Below, piece after piece: positions 12,636 to 34,585 of a stretch of 64,000 nt of DNA. The notes under the pieces are model-generated. The model did no database searches and was not told the origin of the DNA. It worked only from the letters and a program-made list of their open reading frames with translations. The number at the start of each line of letters is the position of its first letter. Within the stretch, counting starts at the first letter, position 1. The position numbers and the translations under genes are program-made. Source of the DNA: Macrostomum lignano (Eukaryota); assembly GCA_002269645.1 (NCBI GenBank), contig NIVC01001887.1:62001-126000 (forward strand), written 5' to 3'.

Positions 12636-13651
12636 TCAGGCCACATAGACGAGCATGTAGTCCGCCAGAACTGCATGGTTCTCCCAGACTCCGGCATCAG
12701 GATTGTACAGAATCCTGGGCATGATCGAGCTACCTCCTGTCAGGGTCCATGGACACGAAGAAGCCTTATCCATCACAACCAGGATTCCAGCATCAGCTGA
12801 ACATCCACCGTAGTTCATGTTTACGAAGAACACCCGATTGTTTGAGTTTCCAGCAACGGAGAAGTAGTTGAAGTTCCTGGAGGCCAGACCCAAGTCCGGC
12901 TCGCTGGCGACCAGCCTGTCCTTGCTGAACCAGTTCGTCGCAGTCAGTCCTGAGAACCTGGCGTCGAACGAGATCTTCAGCACTGTGACGCCGTTCTTGA
13001 GCAGCTCGACCGAGATCGTGTTGCCGGACACGAGTCTCACGAGATCCGGAAGTCGGTCGAGCCAACACGAGCGCCAGAAGTCGAGCGGAGGCGGTCCGAC
13101 GATCGGTGACACGAGGAGAGACCGGTTGCAGTTGACGGGCGTGAGGAACGAGTCCAGGACGTTGACTTGGCTACCGGACTTGACCGCGAACAGCACGAGT
13201 CTCGGCGGACTTTGAGACGCCGGCAGCAGAGCGATGCGCGCTTCCGACTCGTTCAACAGCAGCTGGTCGCACCAGACGGAGATCTCGCAGCGTCTCGAGT
13301 CAGTCGAAGGTGTGTAGTGGATGAAGGCGGGCTGAGCTCCCATCTGCTGCAGCCTCATCCACTGCATGAGGCAGTCCTGCTGGCTCCGCACGCGCATAAG
13401 CAGCAGGCGGCGGCAGCTCGATAGGGCGCCAGGGAGCGGCAGCCGTCGGAAAACCCCCAGCTGACCGCCGCTTTCTGCGACATCGCCCAGAGCATCAGCA
13501 GCAGCAGGGTGGAGATCAGCAGCAGGTTTCCATAAGGCGGGCTGAAAGGCGGTTTTAGCATATAAAATTTCTTCCATAAATTATAGTCCAAGCAAAGGAT
13601 CAAGCGCTTGAATAAGTTTCAAAGCTTAGCTTACGTGAATCTCGGCATCAT
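12636..13651 (-). pseudogene. Secreted-protein paralog 3; spliced signal peptide is out of frame with the core (frameshift pseudogene or assembly indel)
   Basis: Mini-exon 13651-13635 (MMPRFT, GTAAGC donor), acceptor CTTTCAG, exon from 13541 giving PPYGNLLLISTLLLLMLW. The core (GDVAESGGQLGVF..GALSSCRR..) lies in another frame from about 13487 to the stop at 12636. Confidence 0.65.
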
Positions 13652-14221
13652 GCTTATCTCTTGCAGTCAGACAGTTAGCGAATATTTGACTGCTTTCAAA
13701 CTTTCTCAGTCTTTTTTGCTTTTCGTTTGCAAATCGCTCGCAATGTCCAGCTGATTTTATAGACAAAATTGATGGCCATTGCAGCGACGTGATAGCGACC
13801 GAATCAGGTGACAAAGGCTTATAGAAATGCTAATACAATGCTGATTATAACAAAAGAATACAAGTCTTAAAGGAGTCGAAGGCGTAAGAGAAACAGTCAC
13901 TTCCAGGAAGCAGCATGCGGCTGAAGAAGTCAGTGTCAGCTCAGCAACTTGCGAGCGCTGCCTCAGAGAAGCTGGGCATTCTTTCACTTCCTGGTTTGTT
14001 CCAACTCAAACAAAGCTCAAGTCACCGAGGGAGCTCAGTATGCTGAGGGGGGAATTGATGTGAAGACACCGTCTTCCTGCGACTACCGGCACCATCAGTT
14101 TCCTTTTACTTGCATTCTTCCACCAGAGCCTCAAGTCTGACAGCAAGGCCGTGGATTTTTTCTTAGCATATATTTTCCTGGATGACTAGAGCGACTCATG
14201 AGTAGCGGTCTCAATTCAGAC

Positions 14222-14524
14222 AGGGCTGTACTCGTAGCCCAGTGGTCCAACGCGGCGCTCTGATGTGCCAGCGGCCGAGGCTCGATTCCCAGTGCAGTCA
14301 CATTAATTTGGGGCTAGTTTGGAACCTCGGCTTGGCTCTGCTCGTGCAAACCCTCAAGGCACAGTGAAGTGTACATGCCTGATGATAAATAAAGTTAGGG
14401 CCGCTGTACACTCCTGTGTGAGTGTGTGCCTGTGCGTATGACTGCGTACGTTTCCGCGCGCTCGTGTGCCTGCTCAGGGAAGTCGGTGGAATGGGCAGCA
14501 ATGCCTCTAAGTAAGTCAAACTAA
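14222..14524 (+). mobile_element. tRNA-derived SINE with 12-bp target-site duplication
   Basis: A-box-like TAGCCCAGTGG and B-box-like GGCTCGATTCCC in the head. CTCAATTCAGAC flanks both sides (14210-14221 and 14525-14536). TAAG/CTAA-type tail. Confidence 0.7.
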
Positions 14525-14579
14525 CTCAATTCAGACTCTTCTGGTTTCTAAACCCTTCCTCGAAAGCCAAAATTTTTTG

Positions 14580-14757
14580 AAGTGAGCACCTGGTCACAGG
14601 GAGTCACTGAGTATCTGGTCAAAGGATTCTGTGAGTATCTGGTCACAGGACTTCAGTGAGCACCGGGTCACAGGACTTCAGTGAGCACCGGGTCACAGGA
14701 CTTCAGTGAGCACCGGGTCACAGGACTTCAGTGAGCACCGGGTCACAGGGCTTCAGT
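14580..14757. repeat. 25-bp tandem repeat (GTGAGCACCGGGTCACAGGACTTCA)
   Basis: Direct periodicity, about 6 copies with degenerate left copies. Confidence 0.9.
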
Positions 14758-15526
14758 TTGCTAGAATTGCATGTACCCGGTAAGATGGAATAAAGGTGCA
14801 AGGAGCAACAAAAGCTCATCTGTGAGCTCTGCAGAAAATGTAATTGAGTATGATAATACAGAGGAAATTCGTTCAGAGTTGAGCTGGGCTAAATATTGTC
14901 TGCGACAAAATTTTTGAAAACAGGCGACATGGGGAGCAGGGGGTTTCAGAACAACTTTAATCGATAGCTTTTTCAGGTGTTGCAAATTGCAAAATTTAAG
15001 TACTTCAGCAGCTTCAACTTTCACGTCAGTTTTTTTGTGTTAGTTGTGCATTCCGAAAAAAATTGTATGTACAAATTTGAAGAATGAGCTGAAGAGAAGA
15101 GCTGAGGATGGGTGCGTGGCGGCTTGCGATTCATATTGTGGGAAATTTCGCTACCGACTTGGGAATATTGCGCACCTCAAATCCCTTTTAAATTGGGAGT
15201 TTTCATCAACGATGCAGCAATGCGAGGAAGGGAAGTGCAGACAGCTTTTAACGGGTGTCTTGAGATTCGAGTTCAGAGTTCAGATCTCAGAGTTCAGAGT
15301 TCAGATCTTGCATACGAATGAGGCAGAAACGAGGTGGAGGGGATCAGGGAGCTTATGCAAAGTCAGTTTAGTGCAATGAGACCAGCAGCGGGACTGGCGG
15401 CGAATCCGAACGAGGCGGTGACCCGACGGCTTCTTCCATACAGGTTTTCCAAGCCGGATCCCGGATCCCTGATCTCAGATCCCAAATTTAGGATCCCAGA
15501 TCGCGGATCCCAAGGACCCCAAATCT

Positions 15527-27233
<11,707 letters not shown>

Positions 27234-27774
27234 GACGATTCGAGCTGTCTGCTTCTGCCTCTTACTGTATCTGCTTCTAGGGGAGAGTGTCTTCTAATAG
27301 TAGTTGATGCGCCAGAAAACCCGGGAGACCGCACTGGACAATTCTCCGCTCTCTTTTCTCGCCTCTTCCGCCGTTTCTTTTTGGCGCCTTTTAATTAAAG
27401 AGAGAGAGAGAGAGGGCGCCGCCGCCTCTGCCCGGCGCAGCCCATTGGCCCGGGCGCAGGCTGGGGACAGGGGGGCTTCTTTGCTTATTTCTTCTGCCAG
27501 AAGCGAAGCGCGGCAAGATTGATGGTCCCCTGCGGACCCCCGACTGCTGGAGGCGAAGTGCCCGAGTCCGGGGTTGCCGGGGGAATCGGGGACTGCGGTC
27601 GGGGACTGATTGCGATAAAGTGGGATGAAGTGCGAAGTTCTCTTATTGAGCTGATTGGAGAGTTTTTCCTGCAAGCATTCGACTGTCAGAGGTTCTGGCA
27701 GGTCTCATTAAATTCAGTCCGTATCGCATTTTCTTACGGAATAAGAATTGCTCTCCTGTCAATAAGAGCCACTG

Positions 27775-28258
27775 AGAAGAGGGAGAGGGAGAGAGGGAGG
27801 GAGGGGAGGAGAGAGGTGACAGGGAGAGAGGGAATAAGAGAGGGAGGTGACAGGGAGAAAGGAGGGAGAGAGAGAGGTGACAGGGAGAGAGGGGAGGAGA
27901 GAGGCAGAGGGAGGGAGGGAAGGGGAGAGAGGGGAGAGAGGAGAAGGGGAGAGGGGAGAGGGGAGAGGGAGAGAAGGGAGGAGAGAGAGGGGAGAGGTTA
28001 GAGAATAGGGAAGAGTTGATAGGAGAGAGGGTAAAGGCTAGAGGAGAAAGAGGAGAGAGTAGAGGGGAGATGATAGAGGGGACAGGGCTAGAGGGTAGAG
28101 AGGGGAGAGGAAATTAGGAGAGAGGGAAGAGGGGAGAGACGGGGAGAGGAGATAGGGAGAGGAGGAAGATGGGGGAGGAAGAGCGGGGATATGGAAGAGA
28201 GGATAGGAGAGAGGGAGAAGGTAGAGAGGGGACAGGGAGAGGGGAGAGGGGAGAGTGA
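27775..28258. repeat. Polypurine (GA-rich) low-complexity tract upstream of netrin
   Basis: Almost entirely G and A on the + strand. Confidence 0.9.
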
Positions 28259-28437
28259 AAGTTGGAAATAAGTTGGTAGGAAGACGACTCGAACCACCCG
28301 CGTCTGCTTAAGACTGATCTTGTCCTCATCGGGGTAAAGCAGCTTTATAAGCATACTATTTTTAATAGACTAATAATACTTAACTTGACTGGCGAAGTGC
28401 ACGAACCCACCCCCGATATATAAAAGTTATCCTGCTT

Positions 28438-28857
28438 GTCCTGATACGTGTAAGAGTCTGCGCGCCTGTCCTGATAAGTGTCAGAGTCTGCGCGCCTGTC
28501 CTGATAAGTGTCAGAGTCTGCGCGCCTGTCCTGATACGTGTAAGAGTCTGCGCGCCTGTCCTGATAAGTGTCAGAGTCTGCGCGCCTGTCCTGATAAGTG
28601 TCAGAGTCTGCGCGCCTGTCCTGATACGTGTAAGAGTCTGCGCGCCTGTCCTGATAAGTGTCAGAGTCTGCGCGCCTGTCCTGATAAGTGTAAGAGTCTG
28701 CGCGCCTGTCCTGATAAGTGTCAGAGTCTGCGCGCCTGTCCTGATAAGTGTAAGAGTCTGCGCGCCTGTCCTGATAAGTGTCAGAGTCTGCGCGCCTGTC
28801 CTGATACGTGTAAGAGTCTGCGCGCCTGTCCTGATAAGTGTCAGAGTCTGCGCGCCT
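28438..28857. repeat. 30-bp minisatellite x14 (GTCCTGATAAGTGTCAGAGTCTGCGCGCCT)
   Basis: Direct periodicity. Confidence 0.96.
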
Positions 28858-29606
28858 TTATCCGCAGCTTAGTTTTACTCTTGCAATTCATTTCTAATTG
28901 CGTGTTAAAAAAGGAACCTGAGAAATTTGCATAAACTGAAGCCACAAAGAAGGGATACATGTAGACACACAATAAAGCGAATTAAGACAGGCTCCGGATT
29001 CCTGTATCAGTGAGTATTTTGCAATAAAAATTTTTCAATAGCTGATGTGAGAAAAAATGTAAAACTTTTATTTGAGATAATAGCTCATTGTTGCGCATGA
29101 CTTGCATAATCTTAAGCAATATTAGGCATTAAAATATTCATGTCATGATAGGCACTGTTGCTTTGAAAACTCTTCTAACCGTAAAATTAGTGAAGTTGTG
29201 AAGGCACTAAAAGATCCTTTCACAGTTGTCGATCAGGCGATCAGTTTTCTAAACTTGTTTTTGAAGGCAGCAGCAAGATGCAGAAAAATAAAGAGGGGCA
29301 AAGTGTGTTGCAAAACAGAGAATGAAGTGAAGCATGTGGATTTCTCATGACGAGAGTTCCATTTATTCAACAGTTGCATCAATTGTTCATTGACTAGATT
29401 GACTAGAGCATCGCTTTAGTAAAGTCATGGCGAGATAGAACTGCTCACTGAGATTCTCTGCAGGGCGAGCCGCACTCAGCAGGCTGATAACTTAATGAAC
29501 TAAAATTTTTCCCAGGAAATAGGGCTAAAAATGCGCCACGAAATACGTAAAACCACAGGATTCCTCTTATAAACATTGATTACGCTCGCACCTCAGCATC
29601 AACACA

Positions 29607-30640
29607 CTGGATCAGAGGATACCCCAGCATCAAGGATCAGAGGACAACCACATACATCAGAGGACGCCCCAGCATCAAGGATCAGAGGACAACCTCAGAC
29701 ATCAGAGGACACCCCAGCAGCAAGGATCAGAGGACAACCTCAGACATCAGAGGACGCCCCAGAAGCAAGGATCAGAGGACAACCACAGACATCAGAGGAC
29801 GCCCCAGCATCAAGGATCAGAGGACAACCTCAGACATCAGAGGACGCCCCAGCAGCAAGGATCAGAGGACAACCACAGACATCAGAGGACGCCCCAGCAT
29901 CAAGGATCAGAGGACAACCACAGACATCAGAGGACGCCCCAGCAGCAAGGATCAGAGGACAACCACAGACATCAGAGGACGCCCCAGCATCAAGGATCAG
30001 AGGACAACCACATACATCAGAGGACGCCCCAGCATCAAGGATCAGAGGACAACCACAGACATCAGAGGACACCCCAGCAGCATGGATCAGAGGACAACCT
30101 CAGACATCAGAGGACGCCCCAGAAGCAAGGATCAGAGGACAACCACAGACATCAGAGGACGCCCCAGCATCAAGGATCAGAGGACAACCTCAGACATCAG
30201 AGGACGCCCCAGCAGCAAGGATCAGAGCCGTCAGAGGACAACCACAGACATCAGAGGACGCCCCAGCATCAAAGATCAGAGGACAACCACAGACATCAGA
30301 GGACGCCCCAGCAGCAAGGATCAGAGGACAACCACAGACATCAGAGGACGCCCCAGCATCAAGGATCAGAGGACAACCACAGACATCAGAGGACGCCCCA
30401 GCAGCAAGGATCAGAGGACAACCACAGACATCAGAGGACGCCCCAGCAGCATGGATCAGAGGACAAGCTCAGACATCAGAGGACGCCCCAGCAGCAAGGA
30501 TCAGAGGACAACCTCAGACATCAGAGGACGCCCCAGCAGCAAGGATCAGAGGACAACCTCAGACATCAGAGGACGCCCCAGCAGCAAGGATCAGAGGACA
30601 ACCTCAGACATCAGAGGACGCCCCAGCAGCATGGATCAGC
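29607..30640. repeat. 45-bp minisatellite (about 23 copies) just 3' of the TRIM-NHL A stop codon
   Basis: Unit CATCAGAGGACGCCCCAGCAGCAAGGATCAGAGGACAACCACAGA. Confidence 0.95.
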
Positions 30641-30679
30641 AGTCAGCCCTCGTTTCGCAGTGGCAGATTTCCCTAACGC

Positions 30680-33147
30680 TCAGGCGTAGGCAAACTGTCG
30701 CAGCTGGCCGTCCTGCTGCGCCACCCAGAGGTGCCCGCCGGTGTCGAAGCAGCAGGCCCTCGGCGCCCGAAGTCCGTCAGCGGCGGTCAGGGCGTATCGG
30801 ACGAAGCTGCCGCAGGCGTCCAGCAGGTGCACCCGGTGATTGGCAGCATCGGGCACCAGCACCTGGCCGGCCGGATCGCAGGCGGGTGCGCCCGGCCCGT
30901 TGAACTCGCCGAAGCTGTGGCCCTGCCGGCCGTGCTTCTTCATGAAGGCCCCGGTCTCGCTGAACACAAAGCAGCAGTGCTCGAACGGATCCACGATGAA
31001 CAGGCAGCCGCTGACTGGGTTCAGCAGGCCGAAGCGCGGCTTCGCCATCAGGCCCATGTGCTGCAGCTGCACGGACTCCGGCCTCGACCTCTCAAGCCGG
31101 CCCTCGGGCGACACCCGCAGCCATTCCACGGTGCGGTAGAGGCTGTCCACCACGCCGATTTCGCCGTCGCGGCCGGCGAATGCGCAGTCGCAGCTGTGGC
31201 AGGGCAGCAGCGAGCGGCCCATGCCGTTCTCGCTGAACAGCACCGCCTTGTTGTCGCCTGGTTGGTGCGGGAATTTTAATGAATTTCCTGCATTTTTAAC
31301 TCCTTTTTGAGGCGTTCTACTTATAGTAGACTAGTGCAGGCGCAGTACAATATTTCAATAGGGAAAATTATCCGATCCGCCCCTCCCTCACTGGGGTCGC
31401 AGACTACCACGCAGCCTCCGCCGACAGGCACAACGTCGCCGGGAAACGCCAGCTGATAGTGGCCGCCGCCAACGAAGCAACGCACAACTCGTCCGTCGTT
31501 CCCGAACACCTTGACCTTGAGGTTGGCAGAGTCTGACACCACCAGGTTGCCGTTGTCGCAGCAGGCGAGGCCCTCCACGCAGGTTGCCGCTTTGTCCAGC
31601 ACGTGTCGTGCGGTGAAGGAGACCATGCGTTGGAACGGGTCCATGGCCGGTTCCAGAGACACTTCGCCGAACTTTTCGAGGTCGGACAGCAAAGCCAGGG
31701 TTTTCTCGTTCCATCGAAGCCGAAGGCGAACCTGAAATTGACGTTTAGTTCATTGGAAAGGGACAGGTAAGTGAGCAGCGAAGAGATAAGACAGGTAAGT
31801 GAGCAGCGGAGAGATAAGACAGGTAAGTGAGCAGCGGAGAGATAAGACAGGTGAGTGAGCAGCGGAGAGATAAGACAGGTGAGTGAGCAGCGGAGAAATA
31901 AGACAGGTAAGTGAGCAGCGGAGAGATAAGACAGGTAAGTGAGCAGCGAAGAGATAAGACAGGTAAGTGAGCAGCGGAGAAATAAGACAGGTGAGTGAGC
32001 AGCGGAGAGATAAGACAGGTGAGTGAGTAGCGGAGAGATAAGACAGGTGAGTGAGTAGCGGAGAGATAAGACAGGTGAATGAGCAGCGGAGAGATAAGAC
32101 AGGTGAGTGAGTAGCGGAGAGATAAGACAGGTGAATGAGCAGCGGAGAGATAAGACGGACTCAGAGGGGAACACAAAATCAGGCGCGAACCCGGCCAGGC
32201 GGGGTGAGGCTGGGAATGTTCCGCTTGGCCTCTATGAGCTTCATCCTGGTCTTCTCCTCCAGCTTGAACAGATTTTCGGAGCGTAGGCAGGCCGCCAAAT
32301 CGTTGCGCATCTCGGCCTGCGGGCGCACCATATCCTTGTAGGTGCGCCAGGACTCCAGGGCGGCGTCGTGCTCGGATAGAACCGGCCGGGCGGCGGCGTC
32401 CACACCGGAACAGAGGGCCTCGCGCAGCTCGTCAAGGCGATCGTGCAGCTCCGACACCTTCTGACTAATGGACTCCTTCATGGCGGCGCTCTCCTACAAA
32501 GGGTCAAGCATGGATAACTGAAGTTTCTGATAGAAGTAGGCTTTTTTCTTAGAAATAAGCTGGAGTCCGGAAAGGAACGCATGTTTGTCGCATTGCCAGT
32601 TCATTAGAGTAAGTTTTTGCTCCAGGATGGCTCAGATATATCTTGATGATACTTATAGATATAAAAAGCGGAAGAGTTTTTTCTGGACACGGACCGCAAC
32701 GAGCATCTCCCTCCGACTGGTCGCGGTCTCCATGGCCTTCTCCAGGGAAACCTGGATGTCGCCGAACTGCGACACCGCGCCGGCCAGATTGTCGAACTTT
32801 TCCTCAACAGCGGCCGCGTGGCTGATGACGTCATGGCCTTCGTGCGCCACCAGGCAAAGGGTGCATATCTTCGAGGCGCAGTCGCGGCAGTAGAAACGAA
32901 AGCTCTCAGTCTCGTGCTCAGGATTGTCGCAGGACAGGTGGTACTGGGCATCCTCCAGCTTCTGCTCCAGGTACATCTGACGAAGCTTGTAGCCGAGGAT
33001 GCTGGGAATGCTGCCCGAGAGGATGTCGTTTTGAAATGCATAGTGACTGTCAATGAGACGGCAGGAGGCTGAGTTAAAGTCCTCCATCTCCAAGTCCATT
33101 GTGTCCAGCGAGGCTTTGTCTTCAGCTGTGGCGGCTGGCTTTGCCAT
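30680..33147 (-). CDS. TRIM-NHL family protein A (B-box, coiled coil, NHL beta-propeller; no RING seen), about 557 aa
   Basis: Exons 33147-32695 (B-box C..H...FYCRDCASKICTLCLVAHEGH; GTCCGT donor is weak), 32493-32191, 31731-31392, 31257-30680. NHL motifs VSDSANLKVKVF, CDPSDNKAVLF, FNGPGAPAC, VPDAANHRVHLL. Confidence 0.82.
31760..32157. repeat. 28-bp minisatellite x14 filling TRIM-NHL A intron 2
   Basis: Unit GAGATAAGACAGGT(A/G)AGTGAGCAGCGGA. Confidence 0.95.
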
Positions 33148-34585
33148 TATGAAACTTAAATTTTATTTTTGCTCCAGTTATAATATCAGCATTAACTAAA
33201 TATTTTTTGCGGAATACTGATCTGCCTTCTACGCTACTTGTAGAACGCTCATTAGAACAATCACTGCACTAATAATAAGTTGTACTAAAAATTTGTACAG
33301 TTTATGTCAACTGCACGTATTCTTCGCAGTAAAGAATGTCAGAAACACATTTGGAATAAATGAAGCAAATACTAATTCTTTCCTTTATCTACTGAACAAT
33401 GCTGAAATGATAGTTTGGTTTTTTTAACACTCGTTCTTTATTGAGTAGATCCACATTGCCTTGACTTTTAAAATAAGCGATAAGTCATTTTTTGACACTG
33501 TATTGAAAAATTAATTATAATTGAGCTAACTATTGTATACGCTCGTTTTGTACAATTAAAAAGTATCTAAAAACATCTAACATAGTTTAATAAGATAATA
33601 TGGCTTAACATCTCTAAGATAATAGTTTCACCTAGTAAAATCATTGCTAACACCTTTAAAAAAAGATCTAGTTAAAAAAGTTTTCGTGATGATGACCATA
33701 TTTAAGAGCTACGATACAACATTAAACAAAAATTTAGCTGAATGTATCTTGAATATTATTAATAAAACGATTTTAGGAGTAAAAATAACAATTTACTGGG
33801 AATTCTATCTATATTTCTATACATTTAAACTTCAACAGAAATTGAGTAAAAGATCGACGAAATCTAAATTAACGGCGCTCGAGTTAAGACGCTGCAATGC
33901 TGTCTGTTTAGTATACGAGAAACGAAATTATAATTTGAGCTAAAAGTTTTAAGTTAAATAAACACCTAGTAGAAAATGAGTTATTCTTTTTATTAATTAG
34001 GGTCACAAATTAAGATTTAAAAAACTTAAAAAGACAAATAAAAAGGAAGTCGATTTTTTGAACTAAGCAGCTGTAAACAGAAAAATTAATCATTTTGTTT
34101 TATATGCGCTAAAAACCGTGATTTATCTTTTGATATCTGCACCCACCCACCTGATCTGGTCCGAGGATGACTGGTTAATGACATTTCTGCTTCATTTTTG
34201 TCACCCATTGGTCAAATTTTGTATGATAATGTTACTCTTTATTTATTTTTACAATTCGAAACGGGTTAACGCTGAAAAAGGTTGCTTCATTCTACAACCA
34301 ACGCCTTAACGATTTTGGCAAGCATGGAAAACTTCTTCAGTTGTCTATCATGCTAAAGAAGTTATTCTTTATATTCAACGCTTCAAAAAGAATTGATTAT
34401 TCGTATACTTTTCTGAAAAAGTCAAACTAATACCTTCCGCCTGTTGCTCTTGTTATATTGTCGGAGGCGTTTACGATCTGCGTCTGGGTAACATTAGCGC
34501 GAAATTAAAAACTTTTTCTCAGTTTTAATTTTGAAACAATTTTTATATTGGTATTTAGTTCCTTATTAGAAGATTTTCTTGTTTA
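33148..34585. promoter_or_regulatory. AT-rich intergenic region, probable bidirectional promoter of the two TRIM-NHL genes
   Basis: Inferred only from divergent ATGs 1.44 kb apart. Confidence 0.4.

Noticed and set aside
13920-14140. Possible exon or ORF between paralog 3 and the SINE
   Set aside because: No recognisable protein and no consistent splice partner.
29576-30676. 366-aa RIRGQPQTSEDAPAA repeat ORF and similar ORFs at 38362, 41089, 42716, 47129, 48025, 50205, 51224
   Set aside because: Translations of tandem arrays with no unique coding context or splice support.
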